A DNA stretch of 64,000 nucleotides from a virus (Duplodnaviria > Heunggongvirae > Uroviricota > Caudoviricetes), in the IMG/VR virus record IMGVR_UViG_3300046786_000272, positions 14,062 through 78,061 of that record, one strand, 5' to 3'. Position numbers and translations under genes: made by a program. Below are positions 56,647-64,000 of this stretch, piece after piece (the stretch's first letter is position 1; each line of letters opens with the position of its first letter). Below the pieces are notes generated by a model. That model worked only from the letters and a program-made list of their open reading frames with translations. It did no database searches and was not told the origin of the DNA.

Positions 56647-57317
56647 TGATTAAATTCACCCCTGTACCCATCAGTGGACATGAAGCAATCCTAGGGAAAG
56701 ACTTCAACAACAAGTTTGCTACATTCATGGCTGACTTTTATGCACCATTCAAAAAGCATAACCTTGATATTCAAGTTGCAAAAGAGACATGGGAGTATGG
56801 CGTAACTGCCGGCGTGCCTAATGCCTCTTGGGTGGGTGCAGGGAAAAATGTAGTAGATGTTAAATCTCCTACCGCTGACTTAGACGTTAAAGGTCTTAGT
56901 TGTAATTGGATCGCAAGCAATCAGACTACAGAGGCAAGTTTCTTGCAGAATAACAAAAAAGAAAATGACAATTTTGCTAAGTTATTTGAATCAAAAGACT
57001 TTACAGCCTTGAAGGAAATGTTTGTCGATCCTTTGCAGGAAAAAATCAAAAACACTAATAACCTACACATGTTTTGTATTATTCGTGACAAGGAATATAA
57101 AGATGTGTATTATGCATTGATGAAGGTAGAACCCACTTCATTGACGGACACTGAGTTTGTCAATGGGATGTGCCTTGACGCAGGTCGTAGTGTTTCCGTT
57201 CCTATGATAGACCCTGCATACGGTAAAACGTATATCTACATCCCAAAGCGCAGACTAGAACTAAGACTAAACCCTGCAGGAATGAGTACTTTTTTAGTAA
57301 ATTCGCACAGATACTAA
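56646..57317 (+). CDS. hypothetical protein (223 aa)
   Basis: TAATG overlap with clpP. Confidence 0.5.
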   Translation: MIKFTPVPISGHEAILGKDFNNKFATFMADFYAPFKKHNLDIQVAKETWEYGVTAGVPNASWVGAGKNVVDVKSPTADLDVKGLSCNWIASNQTTEASFLQNNKKENDNFAKLFESKDFTALKEMFVDPLQEKIKNTNNLHMFCIIRDKEYKDVYYALMKVEPTSLTDTEFVNGMCLDAGRSVSVPMIDPAYGKTYIYIPKRRLELRLNPAGMSTFLVNSHRY

Positions 57318-57320
57318 AGG

Positions 57321-57349
57321 TTGACAATAAATGGATTTGGGCTTATAAT
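57321..57349 (+). promoter_or_regulatory. repeated early-type promoter P3: TTGACAATAAATGGATTTGGGCTTATAAT plus conserved leader
   Basis: TTGACA 57321-26, TATAAT 57344-49. Confidence 0.6.
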
Positions 57350-57381
57350 AGAGTCTTAGACAGTTAGATAACGGAGCAAAA

Positions 57382-57849
57382 ATGAAGATCGTAATCAACA
57401 CTCAAATCCGCGAAAACTACGGTGACGCTAACAAGCCCTATTGGAAGTTCAAAGGTGGTGACGTTTACGTTGTTTCCAATCTCTCTCCTGAACAAGTTAT
57501 CAAAGTTAAAGAGAACGGTATCCCCACTCTCAAGGCCCTGATTGAAGTTAAAAATGCGGGTTTCGAGGAGTACGTGATTGACTATTCTATCCTTGACGAT
57601 GACGCCGTTGTGTGCGAACCCTGGGAATCCCCCACTGAGCTATCTTGGAAGAACGGGCGTTGGGTCGCTATTCGCACGGTAGAGAACGGTGAGTATGGTC
57701 ACTTGCGTTCCGAAATCGAACGTAGGACTGAGGAATACGACATGCTGATGGAAGGTGGTCGTGAAAACTACCGAGTAGTTTATACCATGCGTAACGGTGA
57801 TGTGGTCAACGGTTTGGACTTTACTGAGTATTTTTGCGAGGCCGCATAA
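57382..57849 (+). CDS. hypothetical protein (155 aa)
   Basis: Own promoter P3. Confidence 0.55.
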   Translation: MKIVINTQIRENYGDANKPYWKFKGGDVYVVSNLSPEQVIKVKENGIPTLKALIEVKNAGFEEYVIDYSILDDDAVVCEPWESPTELSWKNGRWVAIRTVENGEYGHLRSEIERRTEEYDMLMEGGRENYRVVYTMRNGDVVNGLDFTEYFCEAA

Positions 57850-57851
57850 GG

Positions 57852-57880
57852 TTGACAATAAATGGATTTGGGCGTATAAT
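57852..57880 (+). promoter_or_regulatory. repeated early-type promoter P4: TTGACAATAAATGGATTTGGGCGTATAAT
   Basis: TTGACA 57852-57, TATAAT 57875-80. Confidence 0.6.
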
Positions 57881-57909
57881 ACATGTATTGATTGATTAAA
57901 GGAGCTTGT

Positions 57910-58152
57910 ATGACAGTTAAGCGTTTCAAACAAACACAGCGTTTCCGTGTCAACGTTGGTGAGGTTTCGTTCTATTCAACAGCCAAACAGATTCGCAACG
58001 GTGTAGGCGACTTTATTAAGTGCAATGCCGCAACACAAAAAGCACTAGATGCACTTGAATACATCCGTTCTGGTACAGGTGCTGCCGATCAATGTACCTC
58101 GGGTCTTGCAGGTACTTGGGAAGGTCTGCAAGTACAATTGAATGTGGCTTAA
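57910..58152 (+). CDS. hypothetical protein (80 aa)
   Basis: AAAGGAGCTTGTATG RBS; the listed ORF starts at an upstream TTG inside the leader. Confidence 0.5.
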   Translation: MTVKRFKQTQRFRVNVGEVSFYSTAKQIRNGVGDFIKCNAATQKALDALEYIRSGTGAADQCTSGLAGTWEGLQVQLNVA

Positions 58153-58248
58153 TCATGGCATGGCTTTTTGTGATTATTTTAGTACTACTAGGGCACCTCG
58201 GTTGGGCTTTCTTTTTTGCAATACTGATTTTAATGCTTGGCTAAAAGG

Positions 58249-58277
58249 TTGACAATAAATCAGTTTGGGTATATAAT
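58249..58277 (+). promoter_or_regulatory. repeated early-type promoter P5: TTGACAATAAATCAGTTTGGGTATATAAT
   Basis: TTGACA 58249-54, TATAAT 58272-77. Confidence 0.6.
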
Positions 58278-58311
58278 AGAATCTTAAACAGTTAAACAAC
58301 AGGAGTTAGAA

Positions 58312-58773
58312 ATGGGTACTCGTTCACTTATCGGCGTGATGCATGGTGATAAATGTAAAGCAGTTTATTGTCACTGGGATGGTTACCTGTCGCACAATGG
58401 CAAAATTTTGCAAGAGCACTATAACAGTGCCAAAGCAAATAATCTAGTAGCACTGGGTGATATCTCAAGCCTGCGTCCCGAGATTGGCGAAGAACACCCG
58501 TTTGATGCTCCAGGTAGCTATGGTGATGCTGAGTACACAGCATTCAAAGAAAAGTATGGCAACATGACTACCTTCTATGGTCGTGATCGTGGCGAAACTG
58601 GTGTTGACTTCAAAGTGTTCCAAAACTATGATGAAGTGTTGGACTTTGCAGACGGCACTTTGGCAGAATTCTACTATATTATGAAAGATGGTGTGTGGTA
58701 CGTTGCTGACTACGACAATCGTGAACTCCGTGTGTTAGCAGACGAATTGGCTAAAGAAACTGAGGAAGTATAA
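58312..58773 (+). CDS. hypothetical protein (153 aa)
   Basis: Own promoter P5; AGGAGTTAGAAATG RBS. Confidence 0.55.
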   Translation: MGTRSLIGVMHGDKCKAVYCHWDGYLSHNGKILQEHYNSAKANNLVALGDISSLRPEIGEEHPFDAPGSYGDAEYTAFKEKYGNMTTFYGRDRGETGVDFKVFQNYDEVLDFADGTLAEFYYIMKDGVWYVADYDNRELRVLADELAKETEEV

Positions 58774-59108
58774 TGGAAGCGGTACGTGAAGTCACTGTAT
58801 GGAATGACTCTAATAATGCAAATCATACATACCTATTTGATGGTATGAAGATGGTTGCATATATTAAAGTTGGCGACACTGTACCATTCTATTTCAAAAA
58901 CCCGATCACAATCGACAAGCGTGGTCGTAAGTTTACTCCAGTTAAGCCAAATCCCTTTAAACAAATTAAAGAAAAGAGTACGGTTATTAAAGTGTCAGGT
59001 AGCAAAGGTGCTATATACTCTATTGACACAGAAGAAAAAACATGCACGTGTCCTGGCTTCTCATTTCGAGGTGCATGTAAACATTTGACAGAATTGGAAA
59101 ATAAATGA
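58773..59108 (+). CDS. SWIM zinc-finger protein (111 aa)
   Basis: CTCPGFSFRGACKHL = CxCx(n)CxH SWIM motif. Confidence 0.55.
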   Translation: MEAVREVTVWNDSNNANHTYLFDGMKMVAYIKVGDTVPFYFKNPITIDKRGRKFTPVKPNPFKQIKEKSTVIKVSGSKGAIYSIDTEEKTCTCPGFSFRGACKHLTELENK

Positions 59109-59953
59109 AAGTAGCACTATGCAGTGATCTACACTTAGAGTTTCAAGATATCAACCTTACGAATGATGAAGGTGCAGAAGTCCTTATCCTTTCAGGTGAC
59201 ATTATGATCGCCGAAGACCTGCACAATCATAAACACTTTGACTACAACCCATATACCCCAGGTGCACTCGCTGATTTGGGACGTAGACAATTAACTGCCC
59301 TTCGCTTCCGTGACTTTTTGAAGCGTTGTAGTTTTCAATTTCCGCATGTTGTTTACATTGCAGGCAACCATGAATTCTATCACGGTAAGTGGAAGGCAAG
59401 TTTGGATCACTTGCGTGAAGAATGTGCTCAGTTCACTAACGTCTATTTCCTAGAAAATGACATGAAAACAATCGGTGAGCATACGTTCATTGGTTGCACA
59501 TTGTGGACTGATATGAATAAGGGTGACCCTCTTACTCTACATGCCATTGGCGACATGATGAATGACTTTAGAATCATTCGGAATGACGAACATGGATACA
59601 CTAAGTTGCGTCCCGCACATGCAATGTGGAGACATCATCAGTCACTAAGCTACATCAAAAACGTTGTTCAAGGTATGCATGATGAAAAGTTTGTAGTGGT
59701 AGGACACCATGCTCCTAGCAAACAATCTACTCATCCAAAATATCAGAATGACCAATTGATGAACGGTGGTTATAGTTCGGACCTTAGTGAGTTCATCCTT
59801 GACCACCCACAAATCAAATTGTGGACTCATGGTCATACTCATGACCCGTTTGATTATGTGATCGGTGAAACTAGAATCGTATGTAATCCTCGCGGTTATG
59901 CGGGGCACGATCCTCAGGCTGATGTGTTTCAGTTGAAGTATTTGGACATCTGA
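59105..59953 (+). CDS. Calcineurin-like metallophosphoesterase
   Basis: LCSDLHLEF (DxH), ILSGDIM (GD), GNHEFY (GNHE), GHHAP / GHTH motifs. Confidence 0.8.
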   Translation: MKVALCSDLHLEFQDINLTNDEGAEVLILSGDIMIAEDLHNHKHFDYNPYTPGALADLGRRQLTALRFRDFLKRCSFQFPHVVYIAGNHEFYHGKWKASLDHLREECAQFTNVYFLENDMKTIGEHTFIGCTLWTDMNKGDPLTLHAIGDMMNDFRIIRNDEHGYTKLRPAHAMWRHHQSLSYIKNVVQGMHDEKFVVVGHHAPSKQSTHPKYQNDQLMNGGYSSDLSEFILDHPQIKLWTHGHTHDPFDYVIGETRIVCNPRGYAGHDPQADVFQLKYLDI

Positions 59954-59978
59954 ATGAAATCAGGTGTCCAATACTTGT

Positions 59979-60006
59979 TGCTTAATCAGGAGTATTATCG
60001 TATAAT
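59979..60006 (+). promoter_or_regulatory. sigma70-like promoter TTGCTT-16-TATAAT
   Basis: Upstream of ATG 60053 with AAAAGGAAAAAAGTTATG RBS. Confidence 0.4.
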
Positions 60007-60052
60007 CTATGTACGTTGTGAGAACAACGAAACATTTAAAAGGAAAAAAGTT

Positions 60053-60319
60053 ATGAATACGACTACAACAAAATCTCAAGCCCTTATCGAGGCTTTACAA
60101 AAAGGTGAGCAACTAACTGCGAAGCAGATCACTAGCCGTTTCGGCATTGCAAACCCAACTGCTACCGTGAGCGACCTTCGCATCCGCGGTGGTTTCGCTG
60201 TTTACGCTAACAAGCGTACTAACAAGCGCGGTGATACTTACACCAAGTACCGTTTGGGTACACCTAGCCGCGCAGTTGTCGCCGCAGGTTACAAGGCTTT
60301 GTCAATGGGTCTTGTGTAA
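60053..60319 (+). CDS. small GC-rich basic protein, possible HTH/winged-helix DNA-binding protein (88 aa)
   Basis: Own promoter, strong RBS, terminator; markedly higher GC than its flanks; basic composition. The listed ORF 59954 start is probably upstream of the true ATG. Confidence 0.55.
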   Translation: MNTTTTKSQALIEALQKGEQLTAKQITSRFGIANPTATVSDLRIRGGFAVYANKRTNKRGDTYTKYRLGTPSRAVVAAGYKALSMGLV

Positions 60320-60336
60320 TCTCAAATTGAGATAAC

Positions 60337-60364
60337 AGAAAAGGGCAGTAATGCCCTTTTCCTA
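60337..60364 (+). terminator. rho-independent terminator (GAAAAGGGCA gtaa TGCCCTTTTC)
   Basis: 10-bp GC-containing stem, 4-nt loop, T-run within/after the 3' arm. Confidence 0.6.
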
Positions 60365-60365
60365 C

Positions 60366-60394
60366 TTGCGTAATAATCAATTATGTGCTATAAT
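60366..60394 (+). promoter_or_regulatory. sigma70-like promoter TTGCGT-17-TATAAT
   Basis: TTGCGT 60366-71, TATAAT 60389-94; AGGAGCAATCAATG RBS follows. Confidence 0.5.
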
Positions 60395-60422
60395 TGTTTA
60401 TCAATTTCTATAGGAGCAATCA

Positions 60423-60941
60423 ATGAGTTTCTTTCACAATCTTATGGTCAAACTAGGTCGCTATCGTTTGATTCCTGATCGTCAAACAGGTGAAGACTAT
60501 ATGCATCGCTATTACTTGTTTTTGAAAGACCGCAAGTGGTTCCCTTTCAATTTCACATTACACAAAATCGTTCGCAGTGATGACCCTATCATGCACGACC
60601 ATCCTTGGGGTTACTTGACAATTGTCCTTAAAGGTGGTTACTGGGAACATACACCAATCTTCAATAGTGAAGGTAAGATGTTTGCAGAGTTTCAGACATG
60701 GCGTGGACCAGGTAGTATTATCAAACGTAAAGCAGGTGAGTATCATTGGCTTGAACTTGATGGAAGTGTCGGACCTGCTACTACATTGTTCTTCATGGGC
60801 AAGCAACAACGTGAATGGGGCTTTCTTGTACAGACAAAGAAAGGTCTGCATCGTTGGATCAAGTGGACAGACTACTTGAGTGACTGGAAACCCTATCACG
60901 CAAAGTATGTAGCAAAAGCCGCAAGCAAAAAGAAAGACTGA
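60423..60941 (+). CDS. hypothetical protein (172 aa)
   Basis: ORF with RBS. Confidence 0.55.
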   Translation: MSFFHNLMVKLGRYRLIPDRQTGEDYMHRYYLFLKDRKWFPFNFTLHKIVRSDDPIMHDHPWGYLTIVLKGGYWEHTPIFNSEGKMFAEFQTWRGPGSIIKRKAGEYHWLELDGSVGPATTLFFMGKQQREWGFLVQTKKGLHRWIKWTDYLSDWKPYHAKYVAKAASKKKD

Positions 60942-60942
60942 T

Positions 60943-61260
60943 ATGAACTACGGAGAATCATTTAATTTTAGTATTGATGAATACGGCAGTGAACTAACAC
61001 AACAATGTCACATGACATTGTATTGGTTAAACCGCAATGGTTATTTGACGAATGAAGATACTGAGGAACTAGTCAGTAGAATGCTTGTTACTCCTGTTCG
61101 CAATCGTCCTAGATTAGGTCAGCGTTTGCTTGCACGATTCTTTAACAAAGAATCAGCAGAAAACAGCTATGTGTTTCCAATCACACTGGTCGAAGATTGT
61201 TATAACAGTAATAGTCACGATGAAGGTAACGATAAACCAACATTAAAGGTAGTAAAATGA
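60943..61260 (+). CDS. hypothetical protein (105 aa)
   Basis: TGATATG junction. Confidence 0.5.
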   Translation: MNYGESFNFSIDEYGSELTQQCHMTLYWLNRNGYLTNEDTEELVSRMLVTPVRNRPRLGQRLLARFFNKESAENSYVFPITLVEDCYNSNSHDEGNDKPTLKVVK

Positions 61261-61538
61261 ACGAAGATACAAGAGAAATTATACTGATCCTCTCAGAGGA
61301 ATGTGCTGAGGTAGCAAAAGAAGTTTCAAAGATTATGCGCTTTGGACCCGATCAGATCAAACCTGGCAAAGATAAAACAAACATTGCTGTATTGGAAGAA
61401 GAACTTGGTGACTTGCTTGCTATGATTGAGCTATTAGTCGATAAAGATATCGGTGTCACTAATGAGGGTCTTGAATTTGCTAAAAAGGCTAAATTTGAGA
61501 AGCTAAAGAAATGGTCCAACATCATTATTAATAAATAA
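61257..61538 (+). CDS. hypothetical protein (93 aa)
   Basis: ATGA overlap. Confidence 0.5.
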   Translation: MNEDTREIILILSEECAEVAKEVSKIMRFGPDQIKPGKDKTNIAVLEEELGDLLAMIELLVDKDIGVTNEGLEFAKKAKFEKLKKWSNIIINK

Positions 61539-61544
61539 TCTATT

Positions 61545-61913
61545 ATGCTTGATCTTATCCTTCTTGCTTTCGTATTTTATATTGGTTACAACCTCGGACA
61601 AATAGTGTTGTCTTGGCAACTGCGTGACTTGATTGTCAAAGAAGCTAGAAAAGAGGGCTTTAAAATTGATAACTCATACAATATAATTGAAGATCCAGAT
61701 GATAAACCAAACGTATTGCAATTATTTGTAGAAACATCTAATGATATGTTGTATCTGTATGAGCGAGATAAAAACAACTTTATCTGTCAAGCCAAGACAC
61801 TAGAAGAACTTGCGAACCTGTCATTGAAATATAAAAATATCAAGTATGCCGCAGTATTACACGGTGACGATGTAGTGGCATTTGTAAATGGAGAGGTAAA
61901 ACTAAAAGTATGA
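61545..61913 (+). CDS. hypothetical protein with N-terminal TM (122 aa)
   Basis: LDLILLAFVFYIGYNL hydrophobic N-terminus. Confidence 0.5.
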   Translation: MLDLILLAFVFYIGYNLGQIVLSWQLRDLIVKEARKEGFKIDNSYNIIEDPDDKPNVLQLFVETSNDMLYLYERDKNNFICQAKTLEELANLSLKYKNIKYAAVLHGDDVVAFVNGEVKLKV

Positions 61914-62449
61914 AAGTCAATCTAGGGAAGTTCCCTTTAAAAGGGAATCGTAGAAAAATAAACGTAAGTCTTGACACTTATGATACATGGAACTTGGACC
62001 ACACTCTGGCACTAATCATTTACCCTGCACTGTTACAACTTAAAGCAGTCAAGCATGGTATTCCTAGTGAGTTCGTTGATGATGTTGGTGGTGAGGATTA
62101 TGTTGCCCAAGACAGTTTTGACTTCTATAAAGAAACACATCAAGAATCTTGGGAGATTGCATCAAAGCGTTGGGATGAAGTCCTTGACAAAATGATCTGG
62201 TCATTCAAGCAATTGTGTATTGATGACTACGGTGATTTGTATCATCACGGCAGTAGTGAGTTTGACTTTGTAGAGACAGAAAAACTATACCCCAACCCTG
62301 TAACAGGAGTGCCAGAACCGACATATAAAATGGTCGATAAAGATCCTGAATCACATTGGTTTGATGCTGAAGGGCACAAACTACACGAAGATAGAATTCA
62401 AGAAGGTCTTGAACTATTTGGTAAATACTACAGGAGTCTTTGGGATTGA
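61910..62449 (+). CDS. hypothetical protein (179 aa)
   Basis: ATGA overlap. Confidence 0.5.
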   Translation: MKVNLGKFPLKGNRRKINVSLDTYDTWNLDHTLALIIYPALLQLKAVKHGIPSEFVDDVGGEDYVAQDSFDFYKETHQESWEIASKRWDEVLDKMIWSFKQLCIDDYGDLYHHGSSEFDFVETEKLYPNPVTGVPEPTYKMVDKDPESHWFDAEGHKLHEDRIQEGLELFGKYYRSLWD

Positions 62450-62688
62450 ATTACTTTACTTTTGACCATACAGTTAGTATGCTCTCACAATTTAACAAAC
62501 CACCTACAGCTAAGATAAGTAAAAAAGAGTATCAAGTCTTCTGCAAAGAGTATATATTTGAGCAATTAAAAGGTAAACGATTTGGTAGTGCATTTTGCGA
62601 AAGATTTGATATCACTGACTACGTAATCAAATGTTTGATTGACGAAGATATTGCCCGAGAAATGATTGAAGTAAATTATATAAAATGA
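62440..62688 (+). CDS. hypothetical protein (82 aa)
   Basis: Overlap on both sides. Confidence 0.45.
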   Translation: MGLNYFTFDHTVSMLSQFNKPPTAKISKKEYQVFCKEYIFEQLKGKRFGSAFCERFDITDYVIKCLIDEDIAREMIEVNYIK

Positions 62689-63008
62689 CACACCTAGTAA
62701 CAGAAAATTGTATTAAATGTAAGCACACTGATTGTGTGGTTGTATGTCCAGTCGATTGCTTTGTAGAAGGTCCAAACTTTCTAGCAATCAACCCTGATGA
62801 ATGTATTGACTGCGGTGTATGCATTCCTGAATGTCCAGTTGATGCTATCGTAACAGATGACCATGAAGGTATTGATGTTAAGTTTTGGTATGACCTTAAC
62901 AAACGGCTGAGCAACAAATGGCCTACTATCACTAAGCGCAAGCCTGCCCTACCTGATGCGGCAGAATGGAAAGACAAACCAAACAAGATTAACTTGTTAG
63001 AAGAATGA
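62685..63008 (+). CDS. Ferredoxin, 2x[4Fe-4S]-type (7Fe/FdxA-like)
   Basis: [17 protein letters not shown] and [15 protein letters not shown]: two CxxCxxC..CP cluster motifs; 107 aa. Confidence 0.8.
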   Translation: MTHLVTENCIKCKHTDCVVVCPVDCFVEGPNFLAINPDECIDCGVCIPECPVDAIVTDDHEGIDVKFWYDLNKRLSNKWPTITKRKPALPDAAEWKDKPNKINLLEE

Positions 63009-63526
63009 AACAAAAATATATTGACTACTACATGGATGTAGCAGAGCGTACAGGTAAACTCAGTCACGCAATTCGCAGACAAGTTGGAGCTGTCATTGTC
63101 AAAGACAATAGAATTCTCTCATATGGATACAACGGTATGCCCACAGGATGGGATAACGATTGCGAATATAAAGACTACATGAGCGGTGATGCAGGTGGTT
63201 GGCTAAACCCAGACGAGATTGAAGAACGATGGCCCTTTAAGGAATATGATCCTGAAGTACAATCTAATCGCAGATATCGGTTGGTAACTAAGGATGAAGT
63301 GTTACACGCTGAAAGTAACGCAATCGCTAAAGTGTCCGGTTCAACTGAATCTAGCGAAGATGCTACATTATTTGTTACTACTGCACCTTGCATTCATTGT
63401 GCTAAGATGATTTTTCAATCAGGCATCAAAAACGTTTTCTACCGTGATTCGTACCGTGATACGGCAGGGGTAGATTTCTTAACAAAAGGTGGTGTTAGTG
63501 TCACCCAATACGCAGTACAAGACTGA
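63005..63526 (+). CDS. dCMP (deoxycytidylate) deaminase
   Basis: HAESNAI (HAE) and PCIHCAKMI (PCxxC) zinc-binding motifs of the CDA/dCMP deaminase family; ATGA overlap upstream. Confidence 0.8.
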   Translation: MKQKYIDYYMDVAERTGKLSHAIRRQVGAVIVKDNRILSYGYNGMPTGWDNDCEYKDYMSGDAGGWLNPDEIEERWPFKEYDPEVQSNRRYRLVTKDEVLHAESNAIAKVSGSTESSEDATLFVTTAPCIHCAKMIFQSGIKNVFYRDSYRDTAGVDFLTKGGVSVTQYAVQD

Positions 63527-63698
63527 TATCCTAATTGATTTTGGGAATTTAAAACCCTTGAGCAACTGGTGTGAATCTAATTGCTCGGGGGAATGGGGTT
63601 ACGAATGCTTAGTGCCTGCAGGAGCAGATGCAGGAATGTATGAGTTCTATTTTGAAGTAGAGAACGATTACGTAAATTTTATACTTTGGAAAAAATGA
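63489..63698 (+). CDS. hypothetical protein (about 69 aa); start uncertain
   Basis: ORF overlaps the deaminase by 38 nt in another frame; the true start may be downstream. Confidence 0.3.
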   Translation: MVLVSPNTQYKTDILIDFGNLKPLSNWCESNCSGEWGYECLVPAGADAGMYEFYFEVENDYVNFILWKK

Positions 63699-63967
63699 AA
63701 TACTATAACTTTCACCGTGAGAATAACAAGTTTGACGACATTCTAAAAGATCCAGCGGTTATGAAAGCCGTAGATTTCAAACTACAATGGTATCAATATC
63801 TTATCATCGGTATTAGATCAGAGAACAATGACAAGACTTTCAGCTACATCACGTTGATGTATGGGGAAGATATGGTTAATGAGTTAAGCAAAGACTACAC
63901 ACCCGTTGCAGGTGTTGATTATATGCCCAAGCGTGATAAGAATAGATATACAAAAGTTCAGCGATAA
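63686..63967 (+). CDS. hypothetical protein (93 aa)
   Basis: ORF. Confidence 0.45.
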   Translation: MEKMKYYNFHRENNKFDDILKDPAVMKAVDFKLQWYQYLIIGIRSENNDKTFSYITLMYGEDMVNELSKDYTPVAGVDYMPKRDKNRYTKVQR

Positions 63968-64000
63968 GCAATTAGTTGAGCTTCAGGAATACGTGTCTTA

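Noticed and set aside
62627-63082. Minus-strand 151-aa ORF across the ferredoxin and dCMP deaminase genes
   Set aside because: It overlaps two motif-supported plus-strand genes, so it is a shadow ORF.
1-64000. tRNA genes, CRISPR arrays, group I introns, homing endonucleases
   Set aside because: Intergenic regions were inspected by eye. None has tRNA-like T-arm or D-arm signatures or repeat-spacer periodicity, and there are no interrupted core genes. This is not an exhaustive computational scan.

Overview
This window looks like a contiguous stretch of a large T4-like tailed-phage (myovirus) genome. It is almost entirely plus-strand, densely packed, with many short ORFs joined by ATGA/TGATG stop-start overlaps. 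It reads as an early/replication region rather than structural genes. Recognisable replication and repair genes: family-B DNA polymerase (T4 gp43-like), T4 RNase H/FEN homologue, ATP-dependent DNA ligase, dCMP deaminase, UV-damage endonuclease (UvdE). A dispersed but coherent 7-deazaguanine DNA-modification gene set is present: GTP cyclohydrolase I (FolE), 6-carboxytetrahydropterin synthase (QueD), radical-SAM QueE-like, and a TGT/DpdA-like transglycosylase. It is surrounded by non-canonical partners: a TilS-like PP-loop ATPase where QueC would be expected, a B12-binding radical SAM, a second atypical radical SAM, a SAM-methyltransferase fold, a FAD oxidoreductase, and a 2x[4Fe-4S] ferredoxin. 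A sugar-nucleotide/glycosyltransferase module sits in the same island: two HxGH nucleotidyltransferases (one fused to a PMI-type cupin), a GT-B-fold protein with weak T4-glucosyltransferase-like resemblance, a GT4 glycosyltransferase, an NAD-epimerase, and a PhyH-like 2OG oxygenase. A near-complete host-like proteostasis set is encoded: DnaK, GroES, ClpX, ClpP, ClpS, Hsp20. Other notable features: a family of five or six near-identical sigma70-type promoters sharing a conserved leader; operator-like inverted repeats at several promoters; three very acidic Trp-rich small proteins (candidate DNA mimics); and a 109-aa protein ending in the SSB C-terminal tip motif DDDIPF. No tRNA, rRNA or CRISPR array was recognised, but inspection was by eye only. 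All functional calls come from motif-level reading of the translations; no database search was possible.
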